Source: Minutocellus sp. GHC0000111 (lineage: Eukaryota). From it: a DNA stretch of 64,000 nucleotides. This document shows, one piece after another, positions 1 to 11,106 of the stretch. Position 1 is the stretch's first letter; each line of letters begins with the position of its first letter. Position numbers and translations under genes: made by a program. The DNA lies in the NCBI GenBank assembly GCA_977018835.1, contig OZ361256.1, positions 5,580,001 to 5,644,000 of the forward strand, written 5' to 3'. The notes under the pieces were generated by a model. That model was given only the letters and a program-made list of their open reading frames with translations, searched no databases and had not been told where the DNA came from.

Positions 1-2
1 AG

Positions 3-308
3 AAGTCCGACGCCGAATCCAGACTTAGCCAGCTCAGCGAGGCCTTTGAGACCAAGAGCGCGCAGAACAAGACCATGGCTGCGGATCTGACCAAGCTCCG
101 CAAGGAGAATGCCGCATTGAAGCAGGCCGCGGCCGACAAGCAGAAGCAGATGGATGCCATGGTGACGTCGCTGCAGGCGCAGATGATGCAGGGATTGTCG
201 GCCGCGGTGGAGAAGACCAAGAAGCTTCAGGCGGAGTTGGAGGTTATGACCGTCGAAAAAGAAAAGTTGCGGGAGGAAGTGGAAGAGCTTCGTGCTGGGA
301 GTGAATGA
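3..308 (+). CDS. 3' end of a coiled-coil protein (5'-partial)
   Basis: Frame is open from the window edge to TGA at 306-308; E/K/L/A heptad-rich sequence. Confidence 0.7.
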   Translation, partial: KSDAESRLSQLSEAFETKSAQNKTMAADLTKLRKENAALKQAAADKQKQMDAMVTSLQAQMMQGLSAAVEKTKKLQAELEVMTVEKEKLREEVEELRAGSE

Positions 309-362
309 AAATAACGCGGTGAAATATATTCTAGGAAATCCTAATATCCCAGGCACCCATTA

Positions 363-2356
363 CTATCTCGCTATTCCACCACCCTGTACGTCGTAAAGAT
401 ACCTCGCATAGTCATACAGTTGCAAATCGTACTCATTCTGTGCCATGATGAGGTACCATTCGGCACTGCCCTTGGGAATTTCCTCATCCTCAACGTTGCC
501 GTGAGCAAGAAGCTCGTCGTCTTGACACTGGCCCATTTCCCGTGTTGCCTGAAGACCCCAACCAAAGTATCGTTCGAATCGCAATATCGACTCCTTCATC
601 TTATCCTCCAGGCCAATGACAAACTTTCGTCGGAGGATTTCCATTGCAACGTGCAAGTCATCCTCGGTGAGCGTGCCGGTGAACTTGTTCGTTAGGAACC
701 GGGTCATCCAATTGTTGGATATCCGTCCACTCTGGACGTAATCCAGCAATGACATTTCCGCCAAGGCAGCGCTGTTGGCCTTTTCGTAGTAGAAGATGCC
801 AACCTCCCGTTCAATGGGGTGGGCGAACAAAGCGAAGGGTCTGCCCTGATGACGCGGATTGCAAGCCTCCGCCATGGGGTAGATGAGAGGTGTAAATGCC
901 ACATCTGTCGTCGCCGAGGATGCCAAATCCAGATCCTTGGCCCGTTGTATGCCCGTCGGTGTGGTGGTATCAATATTGACAAAGTGCACGCCCGTCGTGG
1001 TTTGGTACGTTCGCAAATCCACTTCATCATTCCTCTCGGTACCAAGCTGACTGGCCTGGACGAGATGGAGGCAGTTGCCAAAGATCTTTCTGACCAACGT
1101 CCCACCCGAGCGCGGTATTTGCCAATAGATGGGCATGTCATCCCTCGTCCCCTTGGCGTAGGCAACGGTGTTGTCGGCAAAGTTCCGCTCGATGGCGAGG
1201 GGAAGTTCAATGTTCATGGTGGCCAGGTTGGGAAAATCACCGCTTTCCGGATGCCACGACGTTTCCGTGCCAGGCGCCGAGGACGTACCGCCCGCGCTGG
1301 GTGGGAGCCACACGCCTATCGACCCATCTTCCACCACGGTGGACTTGTACATGAAGATGGCAGCATCGTTGCCCAGCCGTCCGCCGCCCAGCACAATGGT
1401 GAAGATGAGAGAGAGGCAGAAGCAGATTATAATCAAAAGGAGGCGGGAGAGGAAGGAGCTGTTCAGAGGCTTTCCGCGGTAGTAGAGTGGTTCCGCCGAC
1501 GGGGGGTTGTTTTTCCAAAGCGTTGCGATTCGTCGTTCCACGCCGACCATTCCGGAGCATCCACTGGTCGTTCCTGCGGCTGTTGGGGTTGGGGCGATGA
1601 CGGAGGTGGTGACGGTGCTGCTGCTGCAGCGCTCCGCTCCTCGTGACTGCTCTCGTGACCCTCCTCAATGGCATCTGGTATGTGCATGGGTGCAAAGCTC
1701 GGTGCGAAGCTAAGTCCGCCAAAGGTCGACACAGACCGATCCGTGGATTCCCGCGCGGTGCTGCTGTTGGCGGTACTTCCTCCGAATTGGCTGGCACCGT
1801 CGATGGGCGCCATCCGTCCCACCGTCGTGCTGGGGAGTCCTCCCGTCAGCCCTACCGCCACGGGTCGAAATTCGGACGACAAGGCCGACGCCGACGATGC
1901 CGCCGACCCACGCCGGGCAGCCTGCGCCCGTTCTTCGAGCGGCACGCGCGTCATCCCATCGTCGACATCCTCGGTCCCCCCGCGCAGCTGGTCGAGGATG
2001 ATGTTGAGGAGTCGACCGTCCAACCGTTCCGGCGTTTGCTTGACGAGGTTGTGATGGCGCTTGATGTTCATGGAAAGGGCCCGGCGACCCTCGTGTCCGT
2101 CTCCGCCGCCCTCGTTGGCAAAGGCGGCGGCGTTCAGGCTCGGTTGTGTACCGGTGCCGCTTCCGTTGCTGTTGCCATTCGACCCGAGGGTGCGGCTGCT
2201 CCCGCCTGTCGACGAAAGGGAGCGATTGGAACCAAATCTACCCGAGCCCGACACGGAAGACACCGTGGCGGTGGACGACGACTTGAACGACGAAGGTCGC
2301 TTGCCCCTACTGCCGCCGTCGTCCCCTCCGAAGAAGGCCTTGATGGACTTGAACAT
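363..2356 (-). CDS. Type II membrane sulfotransferase-family protein with a low-complexity N-terminus; apparent 1-bp frameshift at 1501-1506
   Basis: ORF 363..1550 has a TM segment, a PAPS-binding-like 'WQIPRSGGT' and 'FAHPIER'. ORF 1463..2356 joins in frame if the C6 run (G6 on +) is C7. Confidence 0.7.
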
Positions 2357-2816
2357 GGTTGTGGCTCACAGTATTACGAGGGAGGCTACGCGCAGGGACG
2401 CTGCTTCAAGAGAAAAGTAGCGGCCAACAATCGAGACTCGACTCTACCCGCAGTTCCGACACAAGATGTGCTCAAAAAATAATTGTGGTATAAAATACGC
2501 CGAAGCGAACAAGGAAGAGCGCAAGGGATGTTCGAGCAAGGCCAACAGAGGAAGCTAGGCCTACGAACGAGTGGGACAGCCACGTCCATTTGCCTCAAAG
2601 GTGGCCCAACAGACACGCCATCATGGCCCTTGAGCCCTTGAAATGACCCCCCTGCAGCGATGAGGTCGCCCACCCACGGGAATTCGGGTTTTTGAACGCT
2701 TAAAAGAATCTGGGCCGACGCCGACAGCCGACAGCCGCGACAGAGGTTGCCGGTGGGAATAGATCTTTCAACCATCACTCGATCATTCGAGAACTCATTC
2801 AAATCAACCACCCATC

Positions 2817-3959
2817 ATGCTCGCAGCCTTTTGTCTTCCGCAACTAGCGGCAGAAGGACGGGCATCTTTCGAATTGAGGCACGTTCCGAAGCCATCCATC
2901 ACAAATCTACCCGCCGGTACGATTCTGATAAAAACGTATGCCGTCAGCATCTGTGGGAGCGACTATTGGGGCAAGGGCGGTGGTGGTGGCTGTTGTGGCG
3001 GTCCAGCAGAGTGGAGACGGCCGACCGATTATTTACGGCAGCAGCTGCACACGTGCGGGGGAACTGGCCACGAGGCGCTGGGAGAAGTCGCCGAAGTTGT
3101 GGAGCCGTGTCGCTTTCTTGTTGGACAGAGAGTCCTGACCATGTCAGCTGCATATGTTCAAGCCGTGGGTTCGGTAAGGGCTGCCTTTGAGGATGCGACT
3201 GGTGAAAGTGCCGATACGTTGCCCAAAGCCGGTGCGTTCAGCGAATACGTTGTATCTCACGAATGTGTCTGCATACAAGTTTCAACACAGCCACCACCCA
3301 CGAATCCCACCTTTGATCCTCGGTGGTATGTAGCTGCCCAACCGCTTGGTACTTTGCTTCATGCCGTCCAAAAGCTGGGAAGTATAATGGGAATGAATGT
3401 AGCGATAGTCGGTCAGGGAGGGAATGGCTTAATAATGACACGCTTGATCGAGAGACTAGGAGCAAAACGAATCATTACAATGGATATATTGGAAAACAGA
3501 AGAGATCTCTCCACGAAATTCGGAGCAACGCACACAATACTGTCCTCTAGCGATCCAACCGAGAAGGACAACATAAAGAATGCCGTAGCTGATATCACAG
3601 AGGGAGAAATGTGCGACATCACCATTGATTGCGTGGGCCACAATTCCTACACTGTGGATCTCTGTGCTGCCCTTACGAAAGATGCCGGCACGGTTCTGCT
3701 CTTTGGACTTCCGCCTGCGCAGGATGAGGCTGGATTTACAATTCGTTCGCCCGACTTTCGGCGCAACTTACGATATCAAACAACCCATTCACCAGATATG
3801 AAAACTTTTGAGCTTGCCGTCGACTTTATCGGACAGGGGCGCTTCGACCCTGCTTTAATTTTTACGCATTCCATCCCTTTTGCCAAGTTCCCGGAAGCAT
3901 ATGAGATGGCGAGCAATTACAAAGATGGCGTTATCAAGATTCTTGTAACTTTTGAGTAA
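2817..3959 (+). CDS. Zn-dependent medium-chain dehydrogenase/reductase (ADH/TDH-like)
   Basis: 'SICGSD', 'GHE.LGEV', Rossmann-like 'IVGQGGNG', 'DCVG', C-terminal 'DGVIKILV'; intronless. Confidence 0.9.
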   Translation: MLAAFCLPQLAAEGRASFELRHVPKPSITNLPAGTILIKTYAVSICGSDYWGKGGGGGCCGGPAEWRRPTDYLRQQLHTCGGTGHEALGEVAEVVEPCRFLVGQRVLTMSAAYVQAVGSVRAAFEDATGESADTLPKAGAFSEYVVSHECVCIQVSTQPPPTNPTFDPRWYVAAQPLGTLLHAVQKLGSIMGMNVAIVGQGGNGLIMTRLIERLGAKRIITMDILENRRDLSTKFGATHTILSSSDPTEKDNIKNAVADITEGEMCDITIDCVGHNSYTVDLCAALTKDAGTVLLFGLPPAQDEAGFTIRSPDFRRNLRYQTTHSPDMKTFELAVDFIGQGRFDPALIFTHSIPFAKFPEAYEMASNYKDGVIKILVTFE

Positions 3960-3966
3960 GATTAAG

Positions 3967-4104
3967 CTGTAACCGCCCTCGGGCAAATTACTTCATATTT
4001 GCGACCTCGGGACCTCGGTTACATTAATAACGTCCTTCGCAATATTTTTGCGAGCTCTTCCGAGCGAAAACTATTAAATTCATCAGGGTCGTTATTATAA
4101 GTAA
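3967..4104. repeat. Dispersed 138-bp double-hairpin element, copy 1
   Basis: Aligns end to end with 39368..39505; lies between two convergent stop codons. Confidence 0.85.
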
Positions 4105-4123
4105 ATACTACGTAGTAATTCAA

Positions 4124-6400
4124 TCAATTTGTCGCCACTGGCATCATCGCAAAGAATCGGCTGGGCATTAGTGCGAAGAAACGGCTCGTCAAGAACGGCA
4201 TCTGATTGCCAAAGACAAAGCGATCATCGGCCCCCAAACGCTTCAATTCACCGGCCGCTTCAGAATTGGACAGTCTCTCGGCCCAATGATAAGGTGTATA
4301 TCCGTTGGCAGCTTCTTCCGTCATTTTGGCGCCAAACGAGGCCAAAACGCGAACTCCATCGGCTGAATCAGCTCCTGCCGCAAAATGCAGAGCACTCCAT
4401 TTATTGGAATCGACTACGTCAATATCACAGAGACCGCCATCCTTTGCAGGGTCACGCTCATCGATGCCAGAGCATAGAAATTTCATAATCTCGGTGGCAT
4501 CGTTGAAGGCGGCAGTATGTAGGCCACAGGTTTCGGTGGTACCGTCCGATCCAACATAAAAGCCATCGACATCGACACCGACGTTGCGAACGAGATCTTC
4601 TACGATTTCGAGGTTGTCATCAGATGAACAGGCATCGATAAATGCAGTGGTGGTCTGCGCTTTTTCTTCTTCGGACAAACGATCGAAGGCTTCCTTGCGT
4701 TGAGAGCGAACATGTTCGGTGACGGCATCGGCAGCTCGGCGTAGGATACGAGCGTAGGCGCCAAGGCAGCCGGTCGGTCGTCTGCGGGTGGGAGGAAACG
4801 CTGACGTATCGATGCTAATATCGAGACCCTCCATTGACGACACGACGCTCTTGTAGTCCTCCTGATCGTCGTCGTGCTCGGCTTCATCACTCGAATCGTC
4901 CACCTTGGAATCTTGATACTGATCGACTGCATTCAGGCTATCCTTGCGCTTAGTACGCTTTCCCCGACGATTGCTACTTGAAGGAGAATTAGGACTTTCA
5001 GATGATGGTTGTGGTGGAGACATGCGCTCGATGATGGCCATCGGGAATACACCTCCTTCCTCTGGACGGGGCATCCTCATCAACAATGCCTGCACCCTCC
5101 TTGCCATATTGGCAGCAGCTCCATCCTGTGCATTCGTATTGGAAGCGTCAGACGCTGTCGCATCCCCATTCTCGATTCTATTGTAGCGAGTAGCGACCAG
5201 ACCCAAACCGGCACATCCCAGCGTAAAGGCCGTGGCAGCCTGCTGCGCCTCGGCGGGCATGTGCAGCCCGCCGTCGGTCATGAGTTTGTTGGCGGCCGCC
5301 CCCATGACGGTAAAGACGACGGCGCACGACGCGGCACCCTTGTGGTGGGCCGTACGATCTTGCAACTCCCTCATGGCAGCATCAGCTCTTAGGGCGGGAG
5401 AAGTACCGAACAGGCTGTGGCTGCCCTTGTTGTATGCCGAGGTGGATGCGGCAGTTGTGTCGGCAATGGTGCGATACTCTTCCACAAGTTGTTCGGCCTT
5501 GGAACGGTCGAGTTTAGCCAGACGGGAGAGGATACCGGCACCGCAAACAGCGATGGGGCAGGTGGACGACGAGGCCTGTCGATGGAAGGACACTCTCCTT
5601 GTAATGGGAGTTGTGCTGCCGCCATCAGCAGCAGCTTGGCCGAGTTCGACAGATGTAGTGAGAAAGCTTGATCGTCGTCCGCCAGCGGTAGCAACATTAG
5701 CATGTGCATTTGACTCCACGTCTTCATCGTCGCTCTCATTATTGCCATCGCTGCTGCTACTGCTACTACCGGCGATGGGGTCCAAAAGCAGCGCCCTCTC
5801 CAGCTGCAAACGCAAATAATTGTGCACGTCGATATTCGGCCGACGGGCGGTCTCTGAGAACGCCGCCAATTCCGTCGCAGTCATGTGAGCGAATATGTTG
5901 AGCATAATGTCATGGTAGAGCACATCGGACATGCTGCAGCTGACCTCGACGGCCGCCGGCGGTGCCGAGGTTTCAAAGGATTGAGCGGCGCTGACGAACC
6001 GTGGATTATTGTCGGTAGATGGAGCCGCATAGTGATGATGGTGGTTGCTAAAGTCCAGCATGTCGAGATCGGACGCCACCGACCCAGCGACGGAGAAAAA
6101 GGTCGAACCGACTCGCTTCATGAGCAATATGTTGGACGAGGAGTCGGTGCGGTTGTAACGTCGGGCCAAAAGCTGCATGTCCACCGCTGGAGTGGAGGAG
6201 GCATCGCTGGCATGCTCAGCGACACGACTGATGTTGGGGCTGTTGTTCGATGGTGTGTTGGATGTTACAGGGCCGTCCTCTTCGAGATCAAAGAGGCCAT
6301 AATCGTCCTCCTCTTCGACATCATCCCGGAGGGTGTGATCGAATCCATCATCCCCGAGGCGTGAAGGGTCAGCGAGAACAGCAGCGGCAGAAGCGACCAT
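4124..6400 (-). CDS. Ankyrin-repeat protein with an F-box-like N-terminal motif
   Basis: C-terminal ANK repeats (CGLHTAA, SALHFAA, TPYHWA); 'LYHDIMLNIFAHM..ELAAFSETAR' resembles an F-box. First ATG is at 6400 (the ORF track starts at a TTG). Confidence 0.8.
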   Translation of the reverse strand: MVASAAAVLADPSRLGDDGFDHTLRDDVEEEDDYGLFDLEEDGPVTSNTPSNNSPNISRVAEHASDASSTPAVDMQLLARRYNRTDSSSNILLMKRVGSTFFSVAGSVASDLDMLDFSNHHHHYAAPSTDNNPRFVSAAQSFETSAPPAAVEVSCSMSDVLYHDIMLNIFAHMTATELAAFSETARRPNIDVHNYLRLQLERALLLDPIAGSSSSSSDGNNESDDEDVESNAHANVATAGGRRSSFLTTSVELGQAAADGGSTTPITRRVSFHRQASSSTCPIAVCGAGILSRLAKLDRSKAEQLVEEYRTIADTTAASTSAYNKGSHSLFGTSPALRADAAMRELQDRTAHHKGAASCAVVFTVMGAAANKLMTDGGLHMPAEAQQAATAFTLGCAGLGLVATRYNRIENGDATASDASNTNAQDGAAANMARRVQALLMRMPRPEEGGVFPMAIIERMSPPQPSSESPNSPSSSNRRGKRTKRKDSLNAVDQYQDSKVDDSSDEAEHDDDQEDYKSVVSSMEGLDISIDTSAFPPTRRRPTGCLGAYARILRRAADAVTEHVRSQRKEAFDRLSEEEKAQTTTAFIDACSSDDNLEIVEDLVRNVGVDVDGFYVGSDGTTETCGLHTAAFNDATEIMKFLCSGIDERDPAKDGGLCDIDVVDSNKWSALHFAAGADSADGVRVLASFGAKMTEEAANGYTPYHWAERLSNSEAAGELKRLGADDRFVFGNQMPFLTSRFFALMPSRFFAMMPVATN

Positions 6401-7068
6401 GGTCAAAGACCAGTCAGAGCTCAATGCAACGATGCAACGATAAATGATCGAGATGGGCCAGCTGGTGCCACGTCATCTCGATGGTCCCTTGGAATACGGA
6501 AATTGAGCTGCGGGGGGTGGGAAAGTAAAACTATCGGCGAAACCATCGATAAAAACAGCACATGTTTTGTCACAATTTTCACAACTGGAGAACGATGGCC
6601 ACATGCCAGGCCCCGCCGCAAGGGCAACCAACAATTTCATTCAATCAGCCGAGAAGGAGGGTTGAATGTTGTAAGGGGTGGGGGGGGGGAGGGGGCCTGT
6701 TCAAAGTGCACAGCCAGGCTCGGGACGGGAATGGGTGTCCTGAGCAGCTCGTCGCCACGGGGACTCCACACGACAAAACGCGACGGAGTCGCCCGATCTC
6801 CTCGCGGTTGTCCGGCAGTGCTTCACTTCCTCATCACAGGTGTGGTCAATTGCTTTTTTGAGTAAGTCAAAAAAGGATGTTTACTGTTTAAGACTCCACA
6901 GAGCAACATCATGATTCTTTATTCGTTGGACAGAAGAGAAGACGACCTCTCGGTTGGGATTGCGCACAAAAATTTCCCAGGGCAAACTTCTCCTTGCTTC
7001 AAAACTCGCTCGCTCGAGCGAGGCCGGCAGTCCAACGGTCCACGCCCGTGCTGACAACACCACGAGTA

Positions 7069-7290
7069 TCAGTATCCGGCACCACCCGTCTCGTCTGCAC
7101 TGCCGGCACTCTCCTTCCAAACCGACGGAAACCAACACAATTCATTGCCCTGGTGCACGTCCAACCATGCCATGCCTTTGCTGAGCAGCAGGTCCAGCGC
7201 ACGCTTCGCTCGCTCCTCGGTCCAGCCTGTCTCGTGTTTCGTGCTTCATCCATGTCCACGGTCCCTCGGGGACGGGAAGACAAAGTGCCG
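7069..7290 (-). pseudogene. SNF8: SNF8 3' fragment, copy 1
   Basis: Copy of 13472-13691 with a 2-bp insertion near 7231 and YWFP->CWFP. Confidence 0.9.
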
Positions 7291-7908
7291 CTACAGTCAT
7301 GACAGCATCTTTGGATCTTGAATTTCGCCTTTGCCTCACATTTCTAGAAGGCGCAAAACATGAATGAGCGTCGGCACATCTCGTCGGCGAGCCTCGGCCT
7401 CCAACATGGCTAGCCTACATTTGAGCAAAAGAAATGAAACGACGACTCTAACTACGCAATTGGGAGATGGGTAACATTTGCAAGAGGTGATAGAATAGTT
7501 TAGAGATAAGACTGTGCCAGAGACCAGAAGCAATTTATTGGGTTCGGGTGTGTAACGGTCGCAAAAACGCCCAAGATTGTCATCTAAAAATCAGCGCAGA
7601 ATTTTATGTGCGAGGGAGCTCCAACAACTTCCAAACTTGGTGTCTGCTACATGTAGACGACGAATCTCAACGGCATTGTGGTGCAGCACTGCATGACAAC
7701 CTGCGTAGCAAGGGGTGCATGTTCGGCGCCATCCATCTACTAGAGCTCAATGCAGATGTTTGGGGTGCATGCGCAGCACCGGTGGTGCCGTTAGGGGCGG
7801 CATCTCAAAAAACACGTGTGCACAACTTTCACCGGATTTCTTCTTTGCATCTTTTACATTAATTTATTTCGTTCTTCTGCATGTCATGCACATGAAGCAC
7901 ATGGCTAG

Positions 7909-8940
7909 CTAAAATAGGGCAAACAGCCAGTCAGAAGTGGTCCAAATCTCCACCAGAGCTGATTGCACATTCGCAGTCTTTCTTTCGGGGGTTGGTGTAG
8001 AATTTTTACCACCTCTTCGCCTAAACAGTCCTCTTCTTGCTCGGGCTGCGATGCACGCCTCTTTTTCAACAATAGCATCATCAAGCATCTGAGCTTTTTC
8101 TCTTGCATCGTTATCGGCAAGAGCCTCTCGCTCTTCAGCCTGTGTGCGCCGTTCTTCTTCTTGCATGCAACGCTGAACTTCGGCTGCTAGTTCATTTTGA
8201 GCAGTTTCCAGTTTGTGCGTGACATGTTCTGCCTTCAAGTGCATGTTTTTATTCTCTTCTTTCAAAGTCTCAATAAGTACATTTGCATCGTGCACCGTTT
8301 TCTCCAAAATTGCTTGCTCCGCTTTCGTTTGCTTTAGTGTCTCCTTCGTTTGCATCTCTTCATCTCGAGCCCTGGCAAGTTCTTCGTTGTGCTTTTGCTT
8401 CGCCACGAGTGCTTGCCTTTGTAATTCATCTCTTGCCGCTACCAACGAGGCAATCTCATTTCTCAGCTTCTCTTCCATTGATTTTGTTGCATTTGTCTTC
8501 TCTTCGCATTCAAGGCGTGTCGTGTCCATGTTTCGTTTCATCTCGTCAATTTGTGCATCGAAAATGTCACGTTCATCGTCATTGTCATTGCATGCACAGG
8601 TTCTATGTTTCTCTTTGTCGAGCCCGATGGAAATGCTATTCATGTCTTTCTGAAGGGAGCGCAGCTTTGATTCAGCTGAGAGCCGTGCTGATCTCTCCTC
8701 GGCTGCCAACTGGGACTGGACCGATTGAAAATGTAATCTCTCCTCCTCAATTCTTTGTTCAACTACAGCATCGATCTCGCGCTGTCGTTCGTCGCCGTCA
8801 TCATTGCAGAACATTTCGCTCAACTTTTCCAAGAGTTGGTTGTAGGCATCATTTGCAACTGGAGAAGCTGCCACCCTCGACTGTGTCGACGGAAAAGCTC
8901 TACATGCACACCACCATAATGTCAAGTAGAGTGCGAGCAT
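7909..8940 (-). CDS. Coiled-coil protein with predicted signal peptide (possibly plastid-targeted), copy 1
   Basis: ATG at 8940 gives MLALYLTLWWCACRA-F followed by a long E/K/Q coiled coil; 343 aa. Confidence 0.65.
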   Translation of the reverse strand: MLALYLTLWWCACRAFPSTQSRVAASPVANDAYNQLLEKLSEMFCNDDGDERQREIDAVVEQRIEEERLHFQSVQSQLAAEERSARLSAESKLRSLQKDMNSISIGLDKEKHRTCACNDNDDERDIFDAQIDEMKRNMDTTRLECEEKTNATKSMEEKLRNEIASLVAARDELQRQALVAKQKHNEELARARDEEMQTKETLKQTKAEQAILEKTVHDANVLIETLKEENKNMHLKAEHVTHKLETAQNELAAEVQRCMQEEERRTQAEEREALADNDAREKAQMLDDAIVEKEACIAARARRGLFRRRGGKNSTPTPERKTANVQSALVEIWTTSDWLFALF

Positions 8941-10271
8941 CCTTGACTTTCGTGACGAGATGAGTTGACGGCCAGCAGTTGTTTGAATGTCCGTGCTCAA
9001 TGGCGGACCGCCATGTCCCCTCCTCCCACTTTGAAGCTTGGAATGCCGCAGAGGAACGATCGAAATGATGCAAAAGAACGCCGCGCCGATTATTCGAGTC
9101 TGCAGTTGGAGGGGCTCTTGTTGGTCTTGGTCAACCGCAGCTTTGATGGCGAAGGAGCCGAGCGCAAACACTGCTCGGAAAACATTGATAATGACATTTT
9201 CACGTTGGTGCAAAGTGTGGGTGTGGACATTGTTTCCATTTCTTGTGGAGGGATTTGTGCGTGGCTCTTGAGGCATGGTTTGTTGGCATGATTGCCAAGC
9301 AGCATGTGTTGCACTGGCACAGACTCTTGCTTCCCGGCCTCTCGCACAAGTCACGACGGGCCCTGCAATGCGACACCGAGAGGCTGGAGTCCAACCAGAG
9401 AGCTGATCCACACTCAAGCTGACATCAATTAAAGCAAGCAACAAAGCTGCATGGAACGTGAAGGGCTGCTTGCAGGCGCGGCAAGAAGCACCGGTCGGCA
9501 GAGAGCGGAAATGTGGCACCTGGCTGTCTGCCTGACTGTTTTTGGTGAAGCTTCGTGGAGGAGAGATCGAGAGGCTCGAGGTGCAACCCGGACGAGAACG
9601 TTCGCACGACGGCCGCGAGGCCGAGCGAGCGCGAGCGAGAGGGCTAGCTACGGTAGCTAGCTAGGGTTCGCCTCAGCCTGCCTTCCGGCCGTCTGCATTG
9701 ATGTCTGTGATCATCGCATCGCCATTGGCCCAAACCAGGCAGCTCATGATGCTGTGCTTGTTTCCGCACAATGCGTGCAAGTGCCGCTCGATGTCTCAGA
9801 CACTGCGGTGCGGCTGTCGCCGAACAAACAACTCCTCGCAACAAACAATTGCTGGCTGTCCAATCTCAAGAGAGCAAGGTTCATCATGCATGTGGGGCCT
9901 GTTCAAAGTGCACAGCCAGGCTCGGGACGGGAATGAGTGTCCTGAGCAGCTCGTCGCCACGGGGACTCCACACGACAAAACGCGACGGAATCGCCCGATC
10001 TCCTCGCGGTCATCCGGCAGTGCTTCACTTCGTCATCACAGGTGTGGTCAATTGCTTTTTTGAGTAAGTCAAAAAAGGATATTTACTATGTGTAAGATTC
10101 TATAGAGTAGATCATAAATCTTTATTTGAAGGATAGAGGAGAAGACGACCTCTCGGTTGGGATTGCGCACAAAAATTTCCCAGGGCAAACTTCTCCTTGC
10201 TTCAAAACTCGCTCGCTCGAGCGAGGCCGGCAGTCCAACGGTCCACGCCCGTGCTGACAACACCACGAGTA

Positions 10272-10491
10272 TCAGTATCCGGCACCACCCGTCTCGTCTG
10301 CACTGCCGGCACTCTCCTTCCAAACCGACGGAAACCAACACAATTCATTGCCCTGGTGCACGTCCAACCATGCCATGCCTTTGCTGAGCAGCAGGTCCAG
10401 CGCACGCTTCGCTCGCTCCTCGGTCCAGCCTGTCGTGTTTCGTGCTTCATCCATGTCCACGGTCCCTCGCGGACGGGAAGACAAAGTGCCG
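10272..10491 (-). pseudogene. SNF8: SNF8 3' fragment, copy 2
   Basis: Encodes ...KGMAWLDVHQGNELCWFPSVW; the 5' part of the gene is absent. Confidence 0.9.
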
Positions 10492-11106
10492 CTACAGTCA
10501 TGATAGCATCTTTGGATCTTGAATTTCGCCTTTGCCTCACATTTCTAGAAGGCGCAAAACATGAATGAATGTCGGCACATCTCGTCGGCGAGCCTCGGCC
10601 TCCAACATGGCTAGCCTACATTTGAGCAAAAGAAATGAAACGATGACTCTAACTACGCAATTGGGAGATGGGTAACATTTGCAAGAGGTGATAGAATAGT
10701 TTAGAGATAAGACTGTGCCAGAGACCAGAAGCAATTTATTGGGTTCGGGTGTGTAACGGTCGCAAAAACGCCCAAGATTGTCATCTAAAAATCAGCGCAG
10801 AATTTTATGTGCGAGGGAGCTCCAACAACTTCCAAACTTGGTGTCTGCTACATGTAGACGACGAATCTCAACGGCATTATAGTGCAGCACTGCATAACAA
10901 CCTACGTAGCAAGGGGTGCATGTTCGGCGCCATCCATCTACTAGAGCTCAATGCAGATGTTTGGGGTGCATGTGTAGCACCGGCACCGTTAGGGGCGGCA
11001 TCTCAAAAAATACGTGTGCACAACTTTCACCGGATTTCTTCTTTGCATCTTTTACATTAATTTATTTTGTTCTTCTGCATGTCATGCACATAAAGCACAT
11101 AGCTAG

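Noticed and set aside
3967..4104. H/ACA snoRNA, hammerhead or twister identity for the element
   Set aside because: The ANANNA-like hinge overlaps stem 1, CTGATGA is in only one copy without GAAA, and twister P2/P4 pairings cannot be formed.
7641..7665. 'LLHVDD' resembling the copia RT motif YVDD
   Set aside because: No other RT motifs nearby; the codons overlap a TACATGTA footprint.
8941..9519. N-terminal extension of the coiled-coil ORF (536 or 455 aa)
   Set aside because: Length differs between copies and substitutions accumulate there; the ATG at 8940 gives a credible signal peptide.
9619..9642. GAGC repeats resembling a parvoviral Rep-binding element (also about 7005-7027)
   Set aside because: Short low-complexity match with no ITR structure and no Rep gene.
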